Source: Podarcis tiliguerta
Lineage: Eukaryota
Direction: 5' to 3' (one strand)
NCBI GenBank assembly: GCA_965153285.1
Contig: OZ229111.1
Length of the DNA: 64,000 bases
Positions 1 to 13,161 of the stretch are shown in pieces (the stretch's first letter is position 1; every line of letters starts with the position of its first letter). The notes under the pieces are model-generated. The model saw only the letters and a program-made list of their open reading frames with translations. It did no database searches and had not been told where the DNA came from. Position numbers and translations under genes: made by a program.

Positions 1-699
1 ACGGGGATGGATTTTTTTGTACTGAAGTAGCCAGGGCTATGGCTTGATTTAGAAGAGCTGGCATGTGCACAGTTCAGTGGGTTAGCCATGGGCCTCCCCT
101 CACTCAAATCTTCCTTGCTGCTCTCAGTATGGCAACAGGTATGAAAGAGGTATCCTGCGAAGGGGATCTATAAATGGAGCTTCATGGTGGAGCACAAGAG
201 GAAAGGGGGAACATATGAGTGCAGAGGAGTATTGTGAAAAGAGAAGGTGTCAAGGGAAAGGAATGTCTCCACAGATACCAGAGATATCTCATCTAGTAGC
301 ATGGTTCACCTGGATGTACTTGACAAATGTGCATTTTGTTAATACTAAAGTTGATTGTCCTGCCAAGATTAAATTCCTTGCAAATTCCTTTGGCACCTAT
401 CAGAGACATGGTGCAGTGCCACTGTCTAGTCTCAGCACGGGCTAATATGTATGTCACACTGGGATTCCAAAGGAATCAATCAAAATGTTTTGATCCTAAG
501 GAATTATTTTACAGATATCAATTTAAATCATTTACTTTGTAAGCACCAAGTCAGTATTTTTTCTGGCTGAAGTGTTACTATAGGATGCATAACAATGTTT
601 TTGTGGAGACAATGAGTAAGACGTGGTCTATTATTAACAGGCCTTTTGTTTAAAGCTCACATCAAGTTGAACAGGTATTGAACAATACTGAAAGTTTTA

Positions 700-1325
700 C
701 TAGTTATTGTTTATTTGTTACTGGTATCTGTCTATCTCGAGAGACAATGGAGTGCACCATCAGGGGTGAAGTCAAACTGCTGGAGAATCACAGCACGTGC
801 TGTGGCTGCAGGGACTGGTAATAGCTGCTGCCTCCCACATTGTTTTTGCTGTGTTAGCAACAGCGAAGGAGCCTCTCCAGGACACAAGCCTGGGCAATGT
901 AAATTCAGGTCCTGTACTGCCCAGATGACAAGATCCCCCTCTTGGTCTTGCTGATGTGGTCCAAAGGAAAGCAGAACAATACGTTTGGCAGCAGGAGTTG
1001 CTAGAAGGAGACATACAAGATGCCATCCAACCGTCTTACAAAATCCACTCTGGATTTCTGTAGGGTTTACTCCTTAGCCTTTGATTCTCTCAAATATATT
1101 CTGCAAGGCAGTGGAGGTTTAGGGTCAGAGTTTTCCTTTTTCCAGATGGGCTACCTTCCCAGGTTGATGAGCCCCACCTGCCCCTCACTTCCCTCTACAG
1201 CCACGCAGAAACCACCTTCAGCTGTTGGACCCATTATTGCTCTCATCCACTTAATCCACCAGAGCCTGTCTTTGCATGCAAGGAAAGTCCATAACTCATT
1301 GAGAGTTTGAGACCCATTGGCTACC
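700..1325 (-). mobile_element. Non-autonomous retroelement fragment (RTE/Vingi-like squamate family); related to 17265-17652
   Basis: TCTCGAGAGACAATGG-GTGCAC...TGAAGTCAA...CTGGAGAATCACAG and CCAACCGTCTT...TCCACTCTGGATTT blocks are the reverse complement of blocks at 17280-17640; AAC-rich tail on the minus strand at about 703-720. Family assignment and 5' boundary are approximate. Confidence 0.55.
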
Positions 1326-1857
1326 GTCACATGTATAGCCCACCTTTTCTACATCCATTGTTAAACATGACTCAGTGACCATAAGAAGCAACACATCACC
1401 TAAAAGTCCAGTACAGTTTCCCAGAAGAAACAGTAAAGAACAGATCAATCAGATGCTCAGAAGAACCAAACAGTTTTTACCATGTATAAAATATATGTTA
1501 GTAGGCATCAGTCTTATGTCCAGGATATGGGATCCAGAAACATCCAAACAGAAAACCAGTTCAAGTAAAAATCAAAGAAAAATGACTCAGTTCCATGACT
1601 CAGTGCTCTAAGTCTAGTCTTTTCTAAATTAGTTAATTTGTATAAGTTAATTTGTTTTTAAGGGGAGAGGGACAGGGCTGCCCTGGGAGTGGGCCCTAGC
1701 CAACGGAATGGCTGGGGCAGCTTCTATGGGGGGGATTCATTGGGACACCTGATCTCAGTGATCATGGGCATGGGGATTTCTTATTGTTGCTGAGATAACA
1801 AAAGGATTTTTCCTGGTTTGTAGGGTTACCTACAGATTGTCAACCTTCCGGCAAATA

Positions 1858-2083
1858 CAGTGGTACCTCGGGTTAAGAACTTAATTCATTCTGGAGGTCT
1901 GTTCTTAACCTGAAACTGTTCTTAACCTGAAGCACCACTTTAGCTAATGGGGCCTCCTGCTGCTGCCGTGCCGCTGGAGCACGATTTCTGTTCTCATCCT
2001 GAAGCAAAGTTTTTAACCTGAGGTACTATTTCTGGGTCAGCGGAGTCTGTAACCTGAAGCATATGTAACCCGAGGTATCATTG
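1858..2083. mobile_element. Tigger/pogo-like (Tc1/mariner) MITE, copy 1
   Basis: TA|CAGTGGTACCTCGGGTTA ... TAACCCGAGGTATCATTG|TA terminal inverted repeats with TA duplication; closely similar to copies at 12920, 27791, 29332. Confidence 0.88.
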
Positions 2084-4126
2084 TATTTGAGCTCATGACC
2101 TTAAATATTTTACTTAGCATTAGTTGCTATGATGACTGAGGCATAAAACTTTCAAAGGAACAGAGGAGATTGTGTTTCTTCGGCCTGTTTATATAAAATT
2201 GGGAAATGCTGAGGCACTAAGATTAAACTCCACTGAACAGCGGAAAAGCTTGCTTCATCATGCAGGCTTCCATCCATCCTCCTCCCAGCTGGAGATTCTT
2301 TAACGATCGAACATAGCCTCTCAGGAATGCCTGCTGTGCACACTGCTTCATCAGAGAGCAATTATGTTTTGGTTTTCTCAGCTTCCTGAACTGATGAAGA
2401 AGGTGTTTGTTAGGTCCCTATGTGGTTGTAAATTTTACTTGGGGTTTGATAATAGAGACTGGTCTAATGGTGATCTGTGGTCCACTCTGCTTACCTAAAA
2501 CTGTGGGGGCGGGGTTAGAGCTGGGGCAAGTGGGGGCGGGGAGTTAAATTGCAGAATACATTTATATTTTTATTTTTAAAAAGGTGTCAGTGGAATAAGA
2601 CAAGAAGCAAGTCTTGGAGCAAAAGCATGGATCCCCCCTTTCCTCGAGGGCTCATCATAATGTGTCCAAACTGTGTGTTGAAGTTTAAAATTGCATGTGT
2701 TATGACTTCCAGTGCTTGTGGCCACCTGGAAGTCATGCTGATGAGTCACAAGTGGGGGAGAGACATCATTAAGGAATTGGCAAAAATGTAAAGGTCTCTC
2801 CAGCTATGCTGATCTCTGTGTCAAAAAAACAACAGGGTATTGTTTGGAGACACTTTCATGCTCTCAGGGCTCATGAAAGACTTTCCAAAGAAGCAAAACC
2901 AAGTCTTTTTATCCAGGGGTCAAATGTAGTCAGTGACTGCCTATGCCTTTTTGTGTCTGACGAAAAAACTCGGCCACCAATCAGCTATATAAGATGAGTT
3001 TGTTGGATCGGGCCAATGACCTGTCCAGGCCAATGTCTTGTTCTCACAGTGGCCAATCAGATACCTGTGGGGGCACCTGCAAGCGGGATCCAAGCACAGG
3101 AGCACTCTCCCCTGCTGCAGTTTCCAGCAACTGGTATTCGGAAGCATTAATGCCTCCGACCGTGAAATATAGATTTATTCCAGTAAGCAGTAATTTATTC
3201 TTTGATATCTGCTGTTTTCAAAACAAATTTCATCCACAGCTACAGAAGAGGATTTGCAGTGAGAAGAATGATACATCTGTGCAAACTGGGAAATCTGTGC
3301 AGCCATTTTAAATTTATTATATATAAATATTTGGACATTTAAATCATAAGCAGCACTATGCTGAAGGGCATGATTGAATGCATTCCATACAGTACAGAAT
3401 TTAAGTATTCATCTTAGTTTAGATTGATTCCTGTATTTTACAATTACTAATGATAGGTTTAGGTTTCAGTTCCTTCCAGCTCTAAGCAGCAGGTTTGTGA
3501 AGCAATGAGTGTAATGAAACATGAGTTTTCATCGCACTCAAGTCAAGATGCATCAATTTAAACACACCATTTCTTTTATCTGAACAACAAGAAAGCTTTT
3601 GATACAGACTTTACTAAATTTTGCAGGATTTCTTTCTCTAGGAACAACAACAAGAAACCAAGCTGAAATAGTTAAATATAAGAATTATAATGCTATCTAG
3701 TATATGTATACTTGCACGGCAAATGACTCTACAGGTGCTGGCAAACGTCTTTAGCTTCAGTCTCAGATGTCATTAAAACTTGATTCAAAGGGAGGAATGC
3801 AAGCTCCTGAATTCTTCTGCTTAGATTCAATTCCAGTCTGGAGAATTGCAAGCATCCACTCACCCCTAAACCCACAAAAGAGAAACTGCCAGTTGTCAAG
3901 AGTAACTTCTTCTAGCTGTGCAAAATCATCAAAAGCAAGATTCCTACAATCCGATGAGACAGGGAGATCTTTGCTGCTCCTTCCTTGTGAGTAGAGCACA
4001 TAATGCCAGTGAATTTTTCCTACAGACTGGAAGGACAATGGAATTCCATATGTAGCTGGACCTATTCTGTAGTGTGAAAATGGATTAATAATGCATGGAA
4101 CACCTTGTCTGAAGGTTCAATTACGC

Positions 4127-4262
4127 CAGGTATGGGGAACCTAGAAAACTTCAGGTGTTACTGGATTACAGCTCTCATTGTACTTGACCATTAGTCCTTG
4201 ATGAGTGGGACTGATGGGAGTTGTAGTCCAACAATACATGGAGGGCCACAGGTTCCTCACAG
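4127..4262. mobile_element. Degraded hAT-type palindromic MITE (family of 34184-34319)
   Basis: CAGGTATGGGGAACC start; TGATGGGAGTTGTAGTCCAACA...TGGAGGGCC core shared with the intact copies. Confidence 0.65.
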
Positions 4263-5298
4263 TCCAATAGTGCCTGATTATTTGCGAATGTTGGCAAATT
4301 TCTCCAGTGCTGAGAGGCTTATTGCCTCTGAACCTGGAGATTTAATCAAGCCAACATGTCTTACATTTGTTAAGACCTACCCATTGTATCTCTCTTAAAA
4401 GCCACCTTTTCAATGTTTCAATGCTAGTTACTTTATTCCACATGCAATTGGCACACAAAACAACTTTCAAATCTGCACTACGTTAGAATATTATCAGGAA
4501 TATGCTGGGTTTGTGTGTGTTGAGGGCAAGAGTGTCAGTCTCTTATGGCCCCTGGCAGGTGATGCTAAGTCCAGGGTCTCCACAGAGGAAAAAGATGCTA
4601 CAGGGATTGGACTCAGGGGTTGACTGATAGCAAACATGCCAACCCAGAGAAGCAATAGAAAGTACCTAGTAACCATATCCATTTACTATGACACGGAATT
4701 CTTTAAATCTTGTGTTTATATGAAGATGTGCTTTCTTTTCTCTCTCCTGCTGGCTGATTTAATGTGATCAGAGCTAAGAAAGCCCTTGCTAAGTTTTATT
4801 GCAGGGTACCTTAACCCACTCAGTGCAAGACTCAGCCTGAAGCAAAGCATTAAATGTAGCAACGTAAAGCAGCATCACAAAACAAACTAGGGGAATAGAC
4901 AAGCGTTGCTGTGAGGGGTGTGTGACAAAACAAGACCACTTGGTGTCAATCTGGTGCCCCACTGTTTTTAAAGTGACCTTTAAAAAGCTCTATGTGAGTC
5001 AGAGCCATAATTTTCTTGACTGCTATGATTTTAGGTTCCTTTGTATTAGCTTTGCCTCCTACGTAAATGGCAGAAAGTAGCTTGGCCTTCAAAATACATT
5101 TTATGATAGCATCCTATAATGAAACAGATTTCAGACCAATATTCTTTCCTGCTGCCTGTCTCTGACTTTGGGTAATTCTGCTAAAATCCTGTTTTCCTCC
5201 ATATTTCCTTCTTTGAAGGCAATGCCAAGGTTTAAACATTCACGACAAAGCAGGGTTTACCTGCACAAAAATATTGGGGTAATTAAGAGAAAAAACAT

Positions 5299-5656
5299 GG
5301 GATGTGGGTGGCGCTGTGGGTAAAACCTCAGTGCCTAGGACTTGCCGATCGTAAGGTCGGCAGTTCAAATCCCTGCGGTGGGGTGAGCTCCCGTCGTTCG
5401 GTCCCAGCTCCTGCCTACCTAGCAGTTCGAAAGCACCCCTAAGTGCAAGTACCGCTTTATAGCGGGAAGGTAAACGGTGTTTCCGTGTGCTGCGCTGGTG
5501 CTGGCTCGCCAGCTGTAGCTTCGTCACGCTGGCCACGTGACCCGGATGTGTCTTCGGACAGCGCTGGCTCCCGGCCTCTTAAGCGAGATGTGTGTGCAAC
5601 CCTAGAGTCGGACACGACTGGCCCGTACGGGCAGGGGTACCTTTACCTTTACCTTT
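5299..5656 (+). mobile_element. Sauria SINE, near full length
   Basis: tRNA-derived head (GGTGGCGCTGTGG A box, AGTTCAAATCC B box), Bov-B-like 3' region GAGTCGGACACGACTG, (ACCTTT)n tail, perfect 15-bp target-site duplication TTAAGAGAAAAAACA at 5283-5297 and 5657-5671. Confidence 0.93.
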
Positions 5657-6479
5657 TTAAGAGAAAAAACAGTGTGCAACAGACAAGCATTTCTTGTTTT
5701 CACTTTGTAAATTCTCACCAATACAGTTTTCACCATCAAATCAGACAAAGTAAAAACGTGAGGCTGAGATGTATATTGATATCCTTATAATTTTTTTGTT
5801 GCGATTTTATACATCTATTACTGATGTCATTTGATGACATGGGGCAATCAGCTCTAAAATATGTCCTCCTGTTGCTCTCTGATGTAATTGACTAGCTTCT
5901 TTCAAGGACTACAGTTCACCAGAAATACCTTGTTCTCTTCATATGACTTTCCTTTAATCTTCTCTCCAGTTTTTACATTTCTCCCCCCACCCCCCACATT
6001 AAGCAGAGCCCTGGAGAAGAAAGTCTCCAGAGACAGAATAAAATCATTCATTATATTTTCAGGAAAAAATTTCCTAACCATCAAAAAATAATTGAGCACT
6101 GTACAGGAGGAAGGGAGCTTATCAGTTCAGCTAAGGATACCTTGCACTCACCCTAAATTGTCTTTTCTAGTACTGGACAGTATTTCAAAGGCAGCTCTTT
6201 CATTTCCCATTTCCTTGGATTTCCAATTTGCTGACCCTCAAAGCTGCCACACTAGTCATTTATCACAAACTTTCAATGTGTTTGTAGCTATTAAGGAAGG
6301 TAGATATATTTCTCAAATGATGTTACTCTGTTGTTCGCAGCCTGCATCTTGCTTAACTTATGTGTCTCCCAGAATGCCAGTGATAGTGGAAGTGTGTTCT
6401 TGGTTTACATAGCTAGAAAGGGCAGCTGATGGGTGGATTGTCGAGGTGAACAAACTAAACCTGCTTGTTCAGGGAAGTT

Positions 6480-6573
6480 TTTAATGTGTGACATCTTAGT
6501 GTATTTTGGTCTTTGTGGAAGCGGCTCAGAGTGGCTGGGGAAACCCAGCCGGATGGGCAGGGTACAAATAATA

Positions 6574-6575
<2 letters not shown>
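6480..6575 (+). mobile_element. 3' end of L2-type LINE
   Basis: AAGCGGCTCAGAGTGGCTGGGGAAACCCAGCCGGATGGGCAGGGTA terminal motif, shared with about 36856-36902, followed by a simple-repeat tail. Confidence 0.7.

Positions 6576-6620
<45 letters not shown>
6574..6620. repeat. (ATT)n microsatellite, tail of the LINE 3' end
   Basis: About 15 perfect ATT units. Confidence 0.95.
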
Positions 6621-6621
<1 letters not shown>

Positions 6622-9600
6622 ACCTGGACAGAGCCCAGTGGATAACCATGGGACATACAGCCACTTCCTTTCTGAGTAAAGAGACTGTGTACAATGGACT
6701 TGGGACCTGCACTTGTTGTGTAAGCCTTTCTGTTGTTCTTCTGTTGTTCTGTTGTTCTGGGAGTAAGCAATTAATTATATAGCAGATAAAACAGCTGAAA
6801 ACAGTTTCTGTAACAATGCTACACTGTTTATGCCAAAAAGCCAATGCCAACATTTTTAATGAAGCATTTTTAATGAGGGAAGTTCTTCCTCTCATGCAGA
6901 GCTATTTAGTGCACAATGTTGAGGTATCTCAGAAATAAAAGTGAAGGCTAGTTGAAACATCACACCATGCACACGGGTACACAGATTCTGTGCAGTGATA
7001 TACTAAGCAAATCACCACCACCACCTCCCATATGAACTTGCCTTCGCCTCTAAAATGTGCGTTTGGAAGCACTCCTTTAGATGCTATTCTCCGTGGTGGT
7101 TGAAGACCACAGATAATACTTTTTCAGTGATGGTTCCACATTTCTGGAATTTCCTCCCCAGTTGGTTTGCAAGGAACCAACATTCAGGCTTGATATTAAT
7201 AATTTTTCATTTTGTTTTCACTTATGACTGGAGCGATCTGTAATTTAGCTGCTACTTTTTGTGATCTATTTGTTCTTAACTACTTTGGGATTGTTCCAGT
7301 TGCAGATGTCTATGGATTTATTAATGCACTTTTGATAGTTCATAATAGAAAAGCTGGATATAAATATTTTAAATATGTAAAAAAACAACAAAAAGCATAA
7401 CATTTGAATCCTGCTTTCCACAGGGCTGTAGTGACTTATTAGTGTTGCCAGAGTGGGTGTGGTGGTCTACATACATGCATCCCAGCATAGAGAAAGGAGT
7501 TATCTCTAGCTTCCAATGCCTTAAGTTACAAGCTTCAGTTTTCATCAAACTATAATGCATACAGTTTAGGAGTGACAGGAAAATGATGCAACTGGCTTCC
7601 ATCTTTGCGAGGAATCAAAGGTCATGGGTATGTTTCCTTTCGTATATCCTAATGGTGAACATCTCTGTATAATAGAAAACAGCTTGCCTAATTTCCTCAG
7701 TTTGGACATAGAAGAGTTTCTTTAGAGGATTGAAAACATTAGAAGTTTCAAGTTCTTAATTAAATTTATGTATTTTGCTTAGATGTAACATTCATATATT
7801 TGTCAAAGCAGTGGCATTTGCATTCATTTGCTACATTTATTGTAGAACCTTTTTTCTCAACTCTTCTTCATATCCTTGCCTGCAAATATCATTATGCGTT
7901 GCTTTTTTGTGTATGCTTTTTATTACTCTCCCTCTCTCTGAAGAGCTTTTAAATTGATACTTTGATGGGGAAGACTTCATTACATTTAACAGAATGTCGT
8001 TCTTAAAAGAATCCTGAGTAGCCTGTAGCTATATTAGTCCTGTTGGATTTTGCTCTCCACCTAAGTAAAAAAACAAACTCTAGGCTGGTAGCTCTCAAAC
8101 CTCTTTTTTTGTAGACCATTTGGTGGACCAGTTAATAAAGGTTTGTTTGTTTACATATCAAAGCACATACATAACTCATATTTTTAATTCTTAATTAGTA
8201 TCATCACCCAAACAGTACCACATTATGAAAATTGTGGGCTTTAAATCACATCCTTTAAGTGGTAAAGTCAGTGCGTTTTTTCCTAGAAGTACCCAACGGT
8301 ACCACCACCTTTTTGCGAGGAAGGGGGGCGCTCTTGGACCCTGTTAGAGCATCACACCTTTCCCCCCAAGCTCGGGAAGTATTTGCCCAGCTTAGGGAAG
8401 GAGGAGCACTGCTGACAGGATCTTGGAGCCCTGCTGCCTTCTTCCCAAAGCTGGGCACAGGAGGCCTCTTCACCTGGCCGGCAAAGCCACAGTAGGTGGG
8501 TAAGTGAGGGAGCATCGAGCAGCCAACTGGCCCTCCCCATCCAGCCCTGGCATTAGGCCACTCCCCTCTCCCCATATAGCAACTAATAAAAAAGCTAAGC
8601 ACATATACACACTCTGCACGTCCCCATGTTATATTCAGTTCATTATGTGTAAAATAGATATGATGTTGGTTGTTAAGCCAACTCAGCCAGATGTGGAACC
8701 GGCTAGGGTCCTTGGGTAGTAGGCTATGGTGGAGATGGTGGGGGTCTCAGGTGTACTGCCAGGGGTATGGTGGATGTTGACTCCAAATAACCTGCCCAGG
8801 GGCCATTGATGAGGAACTTACACACATCACTCTTGATAATCAGGAGGTCCATTCCCACTCAATAAAGTCCAATGCGAGCCTGTCCCCCTGGAGTGGCAAG
8901 TCGTGTCCAGTTTGTTCACCTTCATGGGTTAGGCCTTGCTTCCTGGGGGAGAGGTCACTGCAAGTGGGTCCACAATGACTCTGCCTTACATATAATAGTC
9001 ATTTGGTTTATAGATAGTACTAGAGGAGGAAAGCCTTTGGTATTTTCATATTTCTGAGTTCTCCGCCCAGGACTGTGGAAAACATGTTCTTTCACTGTTG
9101 ACAGAAGTGGGTCCTGGTCTTTAGTGATGTCAGTGTCTTAAATTTACTGCAGAATAAGGGGAAAAAATGTAAAACTGGCATTGAAAGAAACCCTCTTTTG
9201 TTCAGCTACAGATAACTGGAATTAATTGCTAGCAGGGGGGAATGCTCACAGTTTGACCCTGATTTGTACCTTAACAGGAGAAGGAGCTAGACATAAAAAC
9301 ATTAATCTTTGTGCCACAGATATGTTGTGTGTGGATTTAAGCTAAAACTCCAGTACACAACAAACATATACATACAATGCATGCCATCCTAATATTTTTT
9401 ACACAACCAAAAACTCACAAGCAATAGCTAGAATATGTATTAAGTAAATCAATACATGAAACAGTATGTGTTGTCCTTTTCCAGTCCATATTTTCATTGC
9501 AACTATTTGGTAACAAAGTACCTGACTTATGTTTCCAAAATACTTCTCTAATTTTTAGCTGTTTATACAATTCTTCCCCTGAGGTTTGTACTCATTCTAT

Positions 9601-12600
9601 ACAGCAAAATTGTGGGGATTCCTTGTCATGCTTACATGCAAGAAAGGAATTTTACTAATACAGCCTGTGATTTATTTGTTCTTATGTGACGCTCATGTTC
9701 ACAAATATGTGTTTTAATTTTTCTTGTAGTCAATACCGACATAAAATATTGGGCAATGGCAGCACACTGAACACAGGAAATACACATGAAGGAATAATCT
9801 TTCCCCTGGGGAGAGATGCATGGCAATCTGAACCCAACATTTGGTTAGCAGCATGCAACAAACTATTTTCATCAAGGCAAATGCTGCCATGGGCAGACAA
9901 ACTTGCATGCTGAGTGCTGATTGTCCCATTCAAGGCAGAAGAAATGCCTTTGCTTCAACCAAAATTCAGCTTCCATGTTGACTTTCCACTGTGGCAACTG
10001 AAAGTAATTTCATGGCCCTTTTGCTGAAAAAGCAAGAACTTCAAAAGAGAGGCTGAGGTGGAGGCAGGTGATGAAAGAGGCTAAAAGCGGTATGGGTAGT
10101 ATCTACAGATTAATGGAAACATATTGTACAGATATTTCTCAGCAAATGCTGTTATGATAAAGGGAAGGAAGAATTCACTTTTCGCAGCACCACAAGCTAC
10201 CTGCTTTCTTAATTATCCATCTTAATTTCAAAATGAATCGGTATAAAGGCCCACTTACTTAGAATTTAACCTTCATTAACTTCTACTTTGAAAATGCATT
10301 TTAAAATCCCAGAACTGAACTTCAGAGATAATTAAACAAGACATCATAAGAAATGAAAAGAAAGCTGGAATTTCTATAATGAGCTGTCTTGCACTTTTGC
10401 TTTTGTTTTGACAAGGTGTTTTGCCAGTATTGGTTGGCATCTCCAGGATACTGGGCATCTTGCTGTATTTTGTGCCTTGGCTTCACAGCTGTCAGCAACT
10501 CCAACCAGTCATAGACGATACCTAGGGCCAGGAGAAATCCTCCATTTCTGAGCCAAAATGAAGTTATCTTTTTGAAATTTACATTCCAAATTTTATGATG
10601 CAATTCCCCAACCAAAACATGTGTATATTAGGGGAAAGTATGTGTGTAAATGCATATGTTAGTGAAAATAACATACAGAAATGCATAGTATTGTGAAAAC
10701 TGCAAAAATGTATATATTGGAGAAAATATGTACTAAATCCTGGTGAAATTTTAAAGGACTTTTTTTAAAAATTGCAAAGTTGATTGATGATTTTTTTAAA
10801 AAAAAAATAGAAACTCAAAATACTGTGATACACTAAGCTTTTGTGGAACCATGCCTGGATGCATAAAGTGTCCTTATTTGTAAGATATGTACATTGGTAC
10901 ATGAGGGGGAAAGATGGCAACCTGTAGTTTATGGTGAAGGAAACATGGTTTGGGTTTGTGGCCACTCCAGACTCCTGGTTAGGGTTCACATGATTGGATT
11001 TTCTTCCATTAAAAATAAACACCCATGCATGTATAAAGTGTGCTGGAAATATCAGGCTAGAACTCCTGTCCTTGCAAGGTAGTCAGCTATGTGCTGGTCT
11101 AGAAGAATGTTCAGTGGTGTGAGCAACCAACTGCTGTCTGAAGTTGAGAAACAGCTATACCATTTCTGGTATTTAAGACCTAGTCCAGAATATCTTTGGA
11201 ATGGAACATTGACAGAAAAACATTACTCAATGAGCTTGAACTGACCATTTATTTGTTTCGGTGCGGCAATCCATTTACAATAGTTCACTATTGCTTTGCC
11301 TTTGACAGATGAACAGTTAGAATACAGAGACGCCTTAAGAGCGTTGTCAACACTCCTACAAAGAGTGTTTGTGCATTTTCAAAAGCTGTAAAGCTTAAAG
11401 TCCAGGCAGCTCTAAAGGTATAAACATCTAATATGTCACCCTTCTCTTGCTGAAATATATGTGAACTGCCTGCTGTAGAGGTGATTTTATCATCATTGCT
11501 CCTACCCACCATCCTGAGGTTTCTCAAGCAGCAGGTGTCCTTGTCAGGGAAGTGAACCCTGAGTGGTTCCCCCCCCCCAACCACTAGGAGGGGGAAAATG
11601 TAAATAGAGGCAGATGAGAAAGCACACAGCAGGACATAAAAGGCTAGTGGAGAACCTGTCTGACTGCCTTAGCAATGATCTCTGTCTCTTTCCCTTTCAT
11701 GTTTGCTGTTGTTTTTAATATCTGGCCCTCTTTCTTAGTATTTTCAGAAATGCCCTCACTGTCAAGCATTGTGTTAGTCTTCCAAACCCTTCTGCTTTAC
11801 ATTTAAAGATCAGGCATCTTGGATATCTAATCCAGCATGAATGTTACAGATACAACAGTCAAGCATGCTATTGTGGCTGCTGGATCGATAGGAGACATGA
11901 AGCCTGAATTCTCATTATATAAGCACCATCAAGCCGCATCGCATTGATGACAGATCATTAACCCAAATGGTATGTGCTGCTGTTTTAAGTCCTGCCATTA
12001 CAGGGCAAAGGCCAGTAGCGTCTACAGGAATCAGTGTCTAGGTGCAGAATCAAAGCAGGAAAAATTGACTGAGTTGTTTAATTGCACTAAAGCTGAATAC
12101 CTTCAATGTCTAAAATACATCCAGTTTCTCTTTAATTATTTGTTGAGTATAAAAGACTGTTGCAGTTACTGAGGCAAAAAATAATCACAAGAGTACAAGT
12201 ACTTTGGCTCTGTCTGGAAGTTTAGCGAATTTAATTGTGGTATCCCCTGCCCCATTATCCATGGCTATGGCATCTTGCTGTCCTTATGATAATTGTGTTA
12301 AAGTTGTTTTTAGAAATGGTTTAACAATGAAGTATTATGTGTAGGGTTTTAATCTTAACACCTTTGATCCTTCCAGTATTTGGAATGTCTATTAACATAT
12401 TAATGATCCTTACTAAATCTTCTTATATGAAGCTACTGTGATAATTGCATTTGCTGAGTAGGTGTGATATACTCACCAATCTCTCTGTTAGCTTTTCCCA
12501 TGTAACTTTTGAGTATGTGGGGAATGTTCTGGAATGATTTCCTTAGAGGCGCAATCATGAAATTGCTCTTGTGTACAGGGCTGATTCCAGGTTTGACGAT

Positions 12601-12919
12601 GCCCTTTATGGGCCCATCCAATTGCAAATGAATTTGGGGGAAAATCAAATGTTTTGAAATGCACTGGAGCGGCACTGTGTTGGGCGCTCTGAGATATTGC
12701 AGGGATTTTGACATGGTAGCTCTTAACTGACAGGACAGGAATAAGTGCTGGGGAGCCTTGTGGCAGGTGCTGATGCTGACCCTGCTTCATGTGAATATTA
12801 CAGGAAGAACAAGTGACCAGCAGGAAGTAGGACCTGACAATATCTTAAGATTTCCACATAGGCCAGTGGTCCAGCATCCTGTTCTCACAGTGGCCAACCA
12901 GATATATTCTAGCTGTGTA

Positions 12920-13161
12920 CAGTGGTACCTCGGGTTAAGTACTTAATTCATTCTGGAGGTCCATTCTTAACCTGAAACTGTTCTTAACCTGAAGCAACAC
13001 TTTAGCTAATGGGGCCTCCTGCTGCTGCTGCGCCGCCGCTGCATGATTTCTGTTCTCATCCTGAAGCAAAGTTCTTAACCCGAGGTACTATTTCTGGGTT
13101 AGAGGAGTCTGTAACCTGAGGCGTATGTAACCTGAAGTGTATGTAACCCGAAGTACCACTG
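12920..13161. mobile_element. Tigger/pogo-like MITE, copy 2
   Basis: TA|CAGTGGTACCTCGGGTTA...TAACCCGAAGTACCACTG|TA. Confidence 0.9.

Noticed and set aside
2505-2541. GGGGCGGGG GC boxes / G-quadruplex-like run
   Set aside because: No CpG island or other promoter context; isolated G runs are common here.
6433-6895. ORFs with poly-Y, poly-N and poly-L runs, including the longest ORF in the track (146 aa)
   Set aside because: Artefacts of the (ATT)n microsatellite in a LINE tail.
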